DNA from: an uncultured Sulfurospirillum sp.
GTDB lineage: Bacteria > Campylobacterota > Campylobacteria > Campylobacterales > QNZT01
Assembly (NCBI GenBank): GCA_964651755.1
Contig: CAZYZD010000001.1
Coordinates: forward strand, 1 to 55,386
Direction of reading: 5' to 3'
Length of the DNA stretch: 55,386 nucleotides
The translations under genes were made by a program, and so were the position numbers. The notes beneath the pieces are model-generated. The model had not been told where the DNA came from. It searched no databases and was given only the letters and a program-made list of their open reading frames with translations. Positions 47,627-55,386 of this stretch are shown one piece after another (positions within the stretch are counted from its first letter, which is position 1; each line of letters begins with the position of its first letter).

Positions 47627-48268
47627 ATGTTAGTTATTGCAAAAGAGATTACAAAAAAGTTTATGGGTGAGTATGTACTCGACCACATAGACCTTACAAT
47701 CAACAAGGGCGACCGAATCGCCCTTATGGGACCAAACGGTGCCGGAAAAACAACATTGGTACGGGCAATGCTTGGCTTTTATCATCTTGACGGCGGGGAG
47801 ATGAAAGTACTTTCTCACGATCCAGTCAAAGAGAGAGTAGAAGTACTCAAACATATCAGTTTTATTCCCCAACTCCCTCCTCCGGTAAAACTGAGTATCG
47901 AAGAGTTACTCACTTTTGTAAGCAGAAGTTCCGGTATCTCAAAAGAGAAGATCTTCAGTGAGGCTTCCAGAATGGATCTGGATCTTAAAAGCCATATCAG
48001 AAAACCTTTTTACAAACTCTCCGGAGGGATGAAACAAAAACTGCTTATTGCGATTGCCCTTTCCAAAAAGAGTGATCTTCTTATCTTTGATGAACCAACA
48101 GCAAATCTCGACCCAAAAGGAAGAGAACAGTTTTACGAACTTTTAAAAGAGATCAATCCAAAGTGTTCCACACTTTTTATCACACACAGACTTGATGAAA
48201 TCGAAGCGCTGGTCAACCGAAAAATCTATATGGATCTCGGAAAGGTGGTAGAAGATGAAAAACTATAA
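47627..48268 (+). CDS. nosF: NosF ABC transporter ATP-binding protein
   Basis: Walker A GPNGAGKTT, signature LSGGMKQKL, Walker B LLIFDEP. Confidence 0.88.
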   Translation: MLVIAKEITKKFMGEYVLDHIDLTINKGDRIALMGPNGAGKTTLVRAMLGFYHLDGGEMKVLSHDPVKERVEVLKHISFIPQLPPPVKLSIEELLTFVSRSSGISKEKIFSEASRMDLDLKSHIRKPFYKLSGGMKQKLLIAIALSKKSDLLIFDEPTANLDPKGREQFYELLKEINPKCSTLFITHRLDEIEALVNRKIYMDLGKVVEDEKL

Positions 48269-48725
48269 CCTTTTACTGATACTTCTCATCACACTGCTTT
48301 CACTTGGAGGGTGTGACAAAAAGATCAACAGTGGTCTGGAAAAAATGCACTGGGACAGAGACATGTGCGAACGCTGTAAAATGGCAATCTCAGAGCGAAA
48401 ATTTGCCGTACAGATAATCGACCCAAAAACCCAAAAATCCTATAAATTTGACGATATCGGATGTGCAGTATTGTGGCTTGATGAAGAGAAAATCCCCTGG
48501 AAAGATGAAGCAAAAATCTGGATTACCGATGCAAAAACAGGTAAATGGATTGACGCCAGAAAAGCAATCTACACTGACGACTCCATCACACCGATGGCAT
48601 TTGGTTTTGCAGCCTATACCAAAGAGACTCTGCCCAAAAATCATCATACTCTTCCATTTGACGAAGTTGTCAAAAAAATATTCCTGATAGAAAAACTCAA
48701 CACACAAAAGGTAGGTGCCCAATAA
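48255..48725 (+). CDS. nosL: NosL copper-chaperone lipoprotein
   Basis: Lipobox LSLGGCD. CERCKMAISERKFAVQIID...FDDIGC motif and TPMAFGFAAY are typical of NosL. Confidence 0.8.
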   Translation: MKNYNLLLILLITLLSLGGCDKKINSGLEKMHWDRDMCERCKMAISERKFAVQIIDPKTQKSYKFDDIGCAVLWLDEEKIPWKDEAKIWITDAKTGKWIDARKAIYTDDSITPMAFGFAAYTKETLPKNHHTLPFDEVVKKIFLIEKLNTQKVGAQ

Positions 48726-49552
48726 TGAAAAATCTTCTTTTAGTCGCTTACCTTGATATCAAAGAATCTTTGAGATCAAAATGGTTTTATGTCTATGCCG
48801 TTGTTTTCGGCGGGCTGATGGCACTCTTTTTCATCACTGGTGTTTCAGATGCTGTAGTAATGGGCTTTACAGGACTCAGTCGTATGCTTTTGATCTTTAT
48901 ACAAGTGACGATCATTATATTGCCTATCTTCATTCTCATTACCACGGTAAAGTCTATTTCAGGTGACAGAGAAAGCAATGTACTGGAATATATGCTCTCC
49001 TTTCCAGTCTCCCTGAAAGATTACTACTGGGGAAAAATGCTTGGTCGTTTTGCAACTGTTTTTCTACCTGTCTTTTTTGCCTTGGTTCTGGGGGTCGTTT
49101 TTGGATTGATCAAAGGCGGTGATCTGCCATGGGGTATGGTATTTCTCTACTCTGCCCTGCTCTTTTCACTCTGTTTTACCTTTTTGGGTATCGCTTTTTT
49201 TCTCTCTTCCATTGTAAAATCGACAGATATCGCACTGGGAAGTTCTTTTGTCGTATGGATTGTCCTTCTGGCATTTATCGACATTGCACTTATCGGTCTG
49301 ATGCTGCAAAACAGAATCAATGATGAGCTTATTCTCACCATCGCTATGCTTAACCCCATAGAGGTTTTTCGTATTGGTGCTATCACACTTTTTGACCCTG
49401 AGCTGACGGTCATCGGACCGGTAGCCTACTATTTGCTCGATACCCTGGGAACCAAGCTGTTGATTCTTTATGCTGTTATTTACCCTATTGCTGTTGGTGC
49501 TTTGTTTGCCTATTTTGGGTATATTGCATTTAGAAAAAAAGATCTTTTATAG
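48725..49552 (+). CDS. nosY: NosY ABC-2 type permease
   Basis: 275 aa, six TM helices, position in the nosF-Y module. Confidence 0.85.
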   Translation: MKNLLLVAYLDIKESLRSKWFYVYAVVFGGLMALFFITGVSDAVVMGFTGLSRMLLIFIQVTIIILPIFILITTVKSISGDRESNVLEYMLSFPVSLKDYYWGKMLGRFATVFLPVFFALVLGVVFGLIKGGDLPWGMVFLYSALLFSLCFTFLGIAFFLSSIVKSTDIALGSSFVVWIVLLAFIDIALIGLMLQNRINDELILTIAMLNPIEVFRIGAITLFDPELTVIGPVAYYLLDTLGTKLLILYAVIYPIAVGALFAYFGYIAFRKKDLL

Positions 49553-49561
49553 GAGTCCACA

Positions 49562-50023
49562 ATGAGGATATTGCTTTTAATTATTTTATTTATAACAGGT
49601 GCTTTTGCAGGTGAAATCAAACTTACCGATCAAAATGCTACCGATCCGGTTTATATTCTCCCGTTGAAGAAATACCCCAACTGGCTTGCAGAAGCAGAGT
49701 TGAAAAACGGTAAAAAAGTACAGTTTGTCTCAGTTAAATCAATGATGCAAGTCTATCAACACCAGGATTATTTTCTCAGACATAAACTTATAGATGATAA
49801 TATTTCCAAAATCTATGTACAAGATTATATCAGCGGCAGACGCATAGAAGCACCCAAAGCAGTCTACCTCTTCGGAAGCCGTACCATCGGTCCTCACGGA
49901 GATGACCTGATCCCTTTTGAAAACGAAGAGAACGCCAAACTTTTCATGATGAAAAATGGCGGTACAAAAATTTTACCATTCAATAAGCTCTCAAAAGGGC
50001 TTATTCGATACCTTGATATGTAA
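49562..50023 (+). CDS. second NosL-like periplasmic protein lacking the Cys motif
   Basis: Signal peptide MRILLLIILFITGAFA. GPHGDDLIPFENEENAKLFMMKNGGTKILPF matches the conserved C-terminal NosL segment. The mature protein has no Cys. Confidence 0.6.
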   Translation: MRILLLIILFITGAFAGEIKLTDQNATDPVYILPLKKYPNWLAEAELKNGKKVQFVSVKSMMQVYQHQDYFLRHKLIDDNISKIYVQDYISGRRIEAPKAVYLFGSRTIGPHGDDLIPFENEENAKLFMMKNGGTKILPFNKLSKGLIRYLDM

Positions 50024-50035
50024 TAAGGAAAGAAA

Positions 50036-50557
50036 ATGAAAAGACCAGACCCAATAAACGAAGAGATCGAACTCAAAAACAATGTCTATATCGAAAGCGA
50101 TACTGACCTCAAGGGTATTATCACCTATGTTAACGACTATTTTGCAGAAATTTCACACTACTCTCCTGAAGAGTTGGTGGGGCAACCCCACTCTATCGTA
50201 CGTCATCCCGATATGCCAAAAATTCTTTTTAAAATCCTGTGGGATCGAATACAAAGCGGACAAAATTTTGTTGCAGCAGTAAAAAATCTGGCAAAAGACG
50301 GCAGATATTACTGGGTATTTACCGATTTTGAACCTATTAAAAATGAGGACGGAGAAACTATCGGTTACAAAGCTTCCCGTAAAAAAATCTCCAAACATGT
50401 TACTGACGTACTCGATCCAATCTATAAAAAATTGACAGAAATTGAAAAAGAGGGAGGCATGGAGGCAAGTGAAAAATATCTCACAGAGTTTTTAAAAGAA
50501 CATGGGGAAGACATCACCGTCGACAATTTGTTAGAAAATATTCACAGACTCTATTAA
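50036..50557 (+). CDS. stand-alone Aer-type PAS domain protein (paralogue of 6589..7101)
   Basis: IESDTDLKGIITYVNDYF...[47 protein letters not shown] is clearly paralogous to the first PAS protein. It starts 12 nt after the preceding nos gene on the same strand. Confidence 0.85.
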   Translation: MKRPDPINEEIELKNNVYIESDTDLKGIITYVNDYFAEISHYSPEELVGQPHSIVRHPDMPKILFKILWDRIQSGQNFVAAVKNLAKDGRYYWVFTDFEPIKNEDGETIGYKASRKKISKHVTDVLDPIYKKLTEIEKEGGMEASEKYLTEFLKEHGEDITVDNLLENIHRLY

Positions 50558-50562
50558 CTGCT

Positions 50563-51237
50563 TTAGGAGGGGCTTAACCTCCCTTCCTCACCCTCTTTTC
50601 CAGAACTCATATAAAATATTCCGGTACCTATCTCCCTGGCTTCTTCTTCGTTATGTGTTACATAAACAAGAGTAAATCCAAACTTTTCCTGTAACCTGAC
50701 AATCTCTTTTCTGAGTCTTTGGTTCAATGCCTGATCCAAACTGGAGAGGGGTTCATCCATGAGTACTATTTTGGGAGAGAGTATAAGTGCACGTGCAAGT
50801 GCTACACGTTGTTGTTCACCTCCCGAGAGTTGGTCGATGCGTTTATTTTCATGACCGGAAAGTCCGACGAGGGAGAGCATCTGGGTTACTTTTACTTTTC
50901 TCTCTTTTGAAGGTACTTTTTTGATTTTCAAACCAAAGGCAATATTTTCATAGACATTCATATGCGACCAGAGCGCAAGATCTTGAAAGACCATAGCAAC
51001 ATCTCTTTGATGGGGAGGAACGATTATTTGTCCATCTTTGCTTACTACTTTTCCCTCTATCAACACTTCCCCTCTCATAGGTGCTATAAACCCTGCAATC
51101 ACTCGAAGCAGTGTACTCTTCCCAGATCCTGAAGCACCCAAAATCACCAGCCGTTCTTTTTTGGGAATTTGCATATTGATCTCTTTTAAAACAGTTTTTT
51201 CTTCATAAATAACAGAAACTTTCTGTAAGCTAATCAT
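50563..51237 (-). CDS. ABC transporter ATP-binding protein (short, no C-terminal regulatory domain)
   Basis: Walker A GASGSGKST, signature LSGGEQQRV, Walker B VLMDEP. Only 224 aa. Confidence 0.85.
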   Translation of the reverse strand: MISLQKVSVIYEEKTVLKEINMQIPKKERLVILGASGSGKSTLLRVIAGFIAPMRGEVLIEGKVVSKDGQIIVPPHQRDVAMVFQDLALWSHMNVYENIAFGLKIKKVPSKERKVKVTQMLSLVGLSGHENKRIDQLSGGEQQRVALARALILSPKIVLMDEPLSSLDQALNQRLRKEIVRLQEKFGFTLVYVTHNEEEAREIGTGIFYMSSGKEGEEGRLSPS

Positions 51238-52768
51238 GTTCTCCCTTTCTTACAAATAGCAAAATAGCCAGAGGAAGGAGTGTCATACCTATCATGATAA
51301 CAGACAAAGCCGCTACCACTTCCGGCTTGCCATTTGCCATCTGCGTGATGATATAAACCGGTAGCGGTTCCAGTCCCGGAGGATAGACAAGCATGGTGAT
51401 GGTATTTTCCCGAAGTGAAAAGATAAAACCGATCATCCAGGCGATCAAGAGTGTCTTTTTGGAAAGCGGTACCAGGATAAAACGTAAAATTTCCAACCAG
51501 TCAGCACCTGCCATTTGCGCCGCTTCGATCATCGACGGGGGAATCTGGGAAAGTCTGGTTTGTGTTATTTTTGTCGTAAGTGCCAGGTATTTTCCAAGAT
51601 ATCCAAAGAGAATAATCAAAGGGGTATTGTAGATAAAATTGGTAGCAGGTCTGTTCCAGAAAAGTATCAGCGCAATTCCTATGACAATAGGAGAAAGAGT
51701 AAACATAAAAAGGATACTTGCATCGTACAGACGCCACCATCCAAAGAGTTTTTGTTGGATGATATAACCACTCAAAAATCCAAAAATTACCAGTAAACTT
51801 GCTCCCGCAGCTCCGTAAAAAAGAGTTCTCAGCATCGGCTCATATCCTTTTTGCCAGGCTTCATGAAGTGTCTGCCAGTGTGCAGCTTTGACAAAAAGTG
51901 TAAAAAGAGGCATACACACGACAACCATCACTACTACTACCACTGTCAGCAATACAATATAACGATATTTTCCCAGAGAGATACGATTTGTACGATAGGA
52001 AGTAGTAAATCCAGAAAAGTGTTTATGCACAAAAAACTGTTCAGCCATTAAGACAATAAATGCTACCAGAAGCATCGGCATCGCCAGCACTGTTGCTGTT
52101 TTAAAATCGTAAAAAGCACTAAATGCAGTGAAGCTCTCCAGCGGAAATACGGGATATCTCAGAAAATTTGCCACACTGTACTCTCCAAAACTAAGTATAA
52201 ATACCAGTATAAATGAAAGAAAAAGTGCCGGTCTGATCAAAGGCAGCGTTATCCCTTTAAGCACCCCGCCCCATCCTGTAATCAATAATCCAGCCTCCTC
52301 CAGTCGAGGATCGATCTGTTTTAAAAAGAGGATGGTCAAAAGTATCGGAATGGGAAGATAGACAGAAAAAAGTACCCAGAAAGTTCCCCAAAAACCAAAC
52401 AGCAACTCTCCGGGCACCCCTTCCCTGCCAACAAATTCAAACCATCCCAGTGCAAGGATATAGGGAGGTATCAAAAGGGGAATCACAAACAAAAAAATCA
52501 ACCCCATTTTAAAAGGAAGTGTCGTCTTTTCAAGTACTACACCAAGCATCACACCAAAGAGTGTCGTCATGGCTGCCACACTGACAGAGAGCCAAAGAGA
52601 GTTTACAAAACTCTGTTGCAAACTTTTAGAGTGTAAAAGCATTGCATAGGCTGAGAAATCAACTCCTTTTGCACTGATAAGGGTATCTGCCACCATTACC
52701 AGTACGGGTAAAAGTGCCACCGTAAAAAAGAGCGCAATTATCCCAAAGAAAAAAAGGCGCTGAGACAT
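51230..52768 (-). CDS. Fe(3+)-type ABC transporter permease (duplicated two-domain form)
   Basis: 512 aa, about 12 TM helices in two homologous halves, as in FbpB/ThiP-type permeases. 8-nt overlap with the ATPase gene. Confidence 0.8.
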   Translation of the reverse strand: MSQRLFFFGIIALFFTVALLPVLVMVADTLISAKGVDFSAYAMLLHSKSLQQSFVNSLWLSVSVAAMTTLFGVMLGVVLEKTTLPFKMGLIFLFVIPLLIPPYILALGWFEFVGREGVPGELLFGFWGTFWVLFSVYLPIPILLTILFLKQIDPRLEEAGLLITGWGGVLKGITLPLIRPALFLSFILVFILSFGEYSVANFLRYPVFPLESFTAFSAFYDFKTATVLAMPMLLVAFIVLMAEQFFVHKHFSGFTTSYRTNRISLGKYRYIVLLTVVVVVMVVVCMPLFTLFVKAAHWQTLHEAWQKGYEPMLRTLFYGAAGASLLVIFGFLSGYIIQQKLFGWWRLYDASILFMFTLSPIVIGIALILFWNRPATNFIYNTPLIILFGYLGKYLALTTKITQTRLSQIPPSMIEAAQMAGADWLEILRFILVPLSKKTLLIAWMIGFIFSLRENTITMLVYPPGLEPLPVYIITQMANGKPEVVAALSVIMIGMTLLPLAILLFVRKGEHD

Positions 52769-53773
52769 CTACTCTTCAAGCCACTTTTTAAGATAGGGTT
52801 GTATCTCCAGCAGTTTCCGGGCAACTTTGGCATAATCAACTTGCATTACCCTGATCTGATCGATGGGTTTGAGTCCTTCCGGCATTGCTACACCTTCATG
52901 AAGCGGTATTTGCGCACAATCGGCAAAAGCAAGTTGTTTTTCACTCTCGCGACTCAAGAGATAATCGATCAATTTTTTTGCATTTTTGGGATGCGGCGCC
53001 CCGGCAATGAGCATCACGGCATTGGGTACGACAAATGCACCAATCTCCCCCTCTTTCTGATCCGGATAAACAATACGAACAGGTTTATTTTGTTTCAGTC
53101 GGCTCATTGCATCATCACTGTCAACAAGGGAAAAGAGATAACTTCCCGAAGCAACCAGATCAGCACTCTCTCCGTTACTAGTGGAGATGGCAACACTGTT
53201 TTCTTTCATCTTTTGCATAAATGCTTTGACCTTTTTATCACCCAAGACTGTAAAAAGTGCTGCAATATGTGCCGTTGTCGTTCCAAAAAGAGGATTGGCG
53301 ATCACTGCTTTAGCTTTAAATACCGGATCTGTATAGGTGAAAATAGAATTCGGCTGCTGTGATACGTTTTCATGTACCATCAAGAGCCGCACTCTTGCCG
53401 AAAAACCAGTCCAGTAATGCTCTTTTTCTATAAAAACCTTGGAAATACCTTCTGCATTTGGGCTGATATAGGGAACTAAAATCCCCTTTTGCTTAAGCAC
53501 TTCTGCACGGATAGGTTCGTTTGCCCAGTAAACATCTGCCTGAGGATTATTTTTTTCGGCAATCAAACGATTCATGACACCCGTACTTTTAGACTCTTCA
53601 CTGTCATAAACTGCTTTGACGACAATTCCCGTCTCTTTCTCAAACGCTTTTAAAATCGGCTCGGAAAAGACTTGATCTTCGGAGACATAAACCGTTACCG
53701 TCTGCTTTTGCTCTTTGGGGGAACAGGCAGAAAATAGAAAGAGTGTTAAAAGAAGAAGCAGTGTTCTCATCAT
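52769..53773 (-). CDS. Fe(3+)-type ABC transporter periplasmic substrate-binding lipoprotein
   Basis: Lipobox LFLFSACS. SBP family 1 layout (VTVYVSEDQ...VYWANEP...). Abuts the permease gene with no gap. Confidence 0.75.
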   Translation of the reverse strand: MMRTLLLLLTLFLFSACSPKEQKQTVTVYVSEDQVFSEPILKAFEKETGIVVKAVYDSEESKSTGVMNRLIAEKNNPQADVYWANEPIRAEVLKQKGILVPYISPNAEGISKVFIEKEHYWTGFSARVRLLMVHENVSQQPNSIFTYTDPVFKAKAVIANPLFGTTTAHIAALFTVLGDKKVKAFMQKMKENSVAISTSNGESADLVASGSYLFSLVDSDDAMSRLKQNKPVRIVYPDQKEGEIGAFVVPNAVMLIAGAPHPKNAKKLIDYLLSRESEKQLAFADCAQIPLHEGVAMPEGLKPIDQIRVMQVDYAKVARKLLEIQPYLKKWLEE

Positions 53774-54423
53774 TTCTCTTTCACGCTGAAATCATCAAAA
53801 CTGGTTGCTGCGTCCGCTTTGGTCCAAAGCCCGACACCACCACTTTTTCGCAATCTATTATCTTCATGAAAAAGTAGTTTGCTGCCATCAAGATACCCCG
53901 TAAATCTATCTCCATCCTGGACAACCTTCATCTTATGCCACCCTTTACCAAGCCGGATATCTACCGATGAGAGTTGTTTTCTTACCCCGTTTTCGACGAT
54001 GTAAAAACGAAAGTTATCTTCCAGAGGATTGAACCTTGCGACATAGTAGTTGTTGCTGTCCTGTACACGCCACATAATCCCTCCGCCCTGGTCAATTTCT
54101 CCCTGGTTTGCTTTGAAAGAGACAGAGATTTCACCATCTTTAAAATGTACCGCATTGGTGTAACAGAGATTGAATGTTCCACCATAAAAAGCGTTAATTT
54201 TTGTCAGAGAGAGTACTTTTGTACCTGAAGGTGCACCGATAGTTTCTATCACTTCCCATTTTGCGAGTGGTTTTTTGGGATGTGTGGCTGAGATTTGCCA
54301 TGAAGGCGGGATAGTTCCATTTTTGATATTTTCAAAATCCCATGATTTAACTTCATTTGCCGGAAGTGTCACAGAAAATACACCCGCCGTCAAAACCGCA
54401 TAAACAATCTTTTTTACAAACAT
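53770..54423 (-). CDS. secreted concanavalin/LamG-like (DUF1080-like) protein
   Basis: Signal peptide, then a beta-rich ~190-aa domain with W...WQI...KWEV at the start and GGVGLWT...FDDFSV at the end, a pattern seen in DUF1080/LamG jelly-rolls. 4-nt overlap with the SBP gene. Confidence 0.4.
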   Translation of the reverse strand: MFVKKIVYAVLTAGVFSVTLPANEVKSWDFENIKNGTIPPSWQISATHPKKPLAKWEVIETIGAPSGTKVLSLTKINAFYGGTFNLCYTNAVHFKDGEISVSFKANQGEIDQGGGIMWRVQDSNNYYVARFNPLEDNFRFYIVENGVRKQLSSVDIRLGKGWHKMKVVQDGDRFTGYLDGSKLLFHEDNRLRKSGGVGLWTKADAATSFDDFSVKEK

Positions 54424-54639
54424 GACATATCCTTTGTAAATCTCTTGCTTTCATGATAGCTTGATTTTTGTTTATCTACTATTAGGAGTTCAATGGTCTC
54501 GATTTCTATATTTTATTTTATTATGAAAAACATCTTACAAGCTTATCAAAGATAAAGATTTTGAAGAACACTCACTAGAGCACATTACGTATCAGTGTGG
54601 TGAAGCGTTTTTTCTCTTCTTTATAACTGTTTTTTTATA

Positions 54640-55302
54640 TCAACTGTTAAGTACTTTTGATTTTTTCAAGGCTGCCTCTATTTCTTCTTTGGCTACATCA
54701 CCACTTAGATTTAATTCTACAGCACCATCTTCACCCGCCACTTGCATATGGGTAATCTTCTTTTTGGTCTCATCACTCATGCACTCACACTGCCCTGTCG
54801 CACAGTTTTCCACCATTTTGACAATTTGCTGTTTTGCTACCACTCCCGTAAAAGAGATTTTCACACCATTATTCGTTTTCATGACATCTTTTTTCATTGT
54901 CTGCTCCAGTTCTTTTTTTATTTTCGGTAAAAGCCTTGTTCTGATAGCTTCATACGTCTCTTCAAACGCCTTGTACTCTTTACCGTCAGGATCTTCAAAA
55001 CTTTCATGTATCACTTTGACCGATCCGGGGAATACAGGACAGGTCTCTTTGGCATGGTCACACACTGTTACCACCAGATCAAAATCGATCCCTTCTAACT
55101 CTTTAAGCTCTTTGGAGTAGTATCTCTCATCCCATACATTATGCGTTTTTAGAACCTTTTTGGCATTAGCATTAACCTTCCCGCTGGGTGCCACACCAGA
55201 ACTCCAGGCTTGTACACCTTCAAGTTCTTTGTTAATCAACGCTTCTGCAATAATACTCCGGCAACTGTTTCCGGTACAAAGTACCAAGACTTTTTTATCC
55301 AT
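54640..55302 (-). CDS. arsC: thioredoxin-coupled arsenate reductase (LMW-PTP-type ArsC) fused to an ~85-aa C-terminal Cys-containing domain
   Basis: LCTGNSCRS P-loop (Cys9) plus Cys81 and Cys88 in TVCDHAKETCP match the Cys10/82/89 triad of S. aureus-type ArsC. Residues ~136-220 are extra and contain CATGQCEC. Confidence 0.8.
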   Translation of the reverse strand: MDKKVLVLCTGNSCRSIIAEALINKELEGVQAWSSGVAPSGKVNANAKKVLKTHNVWDERYYSKELKELEGIDFDLVVTVCDHAKETCPVFPGSVKVIHESFEDPDGKEYKAFEETYEAIRTRLLPKIKKELEQTMKKDVMKTNNGVKISFTGVVAKQQIVKMVENCATGQCECMSDETKKKITHMQVAGEDGAVELNLSGDVAKEEIEAALKKSKVLNS

Positions 55303-55384
55303 TTTTACAAACTCCTTGCAGTAGTGGAATATCCATCTCCAAATAGCCGATCTCTTTTAAAATTTCTTCTCTGAATTTATCCAG
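55295..55384 (-). CDS. 3' end of an upstream ORF (partial, function unknown)
   Basis: Hand translation of the window edge: ...LDKFREEILKEIGYLEMDIPLLQGVCKNG*. Its TAA overlaps the arsC start region by 8 nt, suggesting one operon. Confidence 0.3.
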   Translation of the reverse strand: MDKFREEILKEIGYLEMDIPLLQGVCKNG

Positions 55385-55386
55385 CG

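Noticed and set aside
52799-53362. Long antisense or shadow ORFs in the six-frame track, for example 52799..53362 (+), 35320..35721 (+), 31763..32278 (-), 3610..3918 (-), 4616..4867 (+), 10563..10910 (+), 7622..8047 (-) and 20853..21287 (+)
   Set aside because: Each lies entirely inside, and opposite to or out of frame with, a longer ORF carrying strong family motifs. Their translations are low-complexity or Cys/Phe/Leu-rich, as expected from AT-rich antisense frames.
54445-54484. Fur-box-like A/T-rich segment (GATAAACAAAAATCAAGCTATCATG on the minus strand) upstream of the Fe-ABC operon
   Set aside because: It does not align in register with the 19-bp GATAATGATAATCATTATC consensus and shares only scattered GATAA/ATC elements.
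54493-54555. 20-codon ORF MVSISIFYFIMKNILQAYQR with an AGGAG upstream, in the arsC / Fe-ABC intergenic region
   Set aside because: Too short to support from sequence alone and no recognisable family. It could be a chance ORF in AT-rich DNA.
1-55386. Search for rRNA, tRNA, CRISPR arrays, IS elements, integrases or prophage genes
   Set aside because: By eye I saw no cloverleaf-like GC-rich islands, no regularly spaced direct repeats, and no transposase-, integrase- or phage-like ORFs. A tRNAscan/Infernal run would be needed to exclude small RNAs formally.

Overview
AT-rich (roughly mid-30s % GC by eye) chromosomal window, densely coding, with a gene set typical of Campylobacterota (epsilonproteobacteria). 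The Sulfurimonas- or Wolinella-like lifestyle is inference only. No rRNA, tRNA, CRISPR array, transposase or integrase was recognised. Main blocks: (1) housekeeping and cofactor genes (rsmE, moeA, queD-moaA, UbiA-type prenyltransferase, pgm, tgt); (2) an Aer-type PAS protein translationally overlapping a soluble TlpD-like chemoreceptor with a complete CZB zinc motif; (3) a ~20 kb Wzx/Wzy/Wzc-type surface polysaccharide locus (12.8-32.9 kb) with two AsnB-like amidotransferases, a FemAB-like transferase, a deacetylase, two methyltransferases and four GT4 glycosyltransferases; (4) a MotA/MotB-like ion-channel pair with long coiled-coil extensions and tiny RHH-like genes (33.7-36.6 kb), my best candidate for an undescribed system; (5) a complete clade II, Wolinella-type nos cluster (cytochrome c-fused nosZ, then nosB-D-G-C1-C2-H-F-L-Y plus an extra NosL-like gene) with a Crp/Fnr-type box upstream, followed directly by a second orphan PAS gene; (6) an Fe(3+)-type ABC importer operon and an ArsC fusion protein. 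All calls come from reading motifs in the supplied translations and the DNA. No database search was run.
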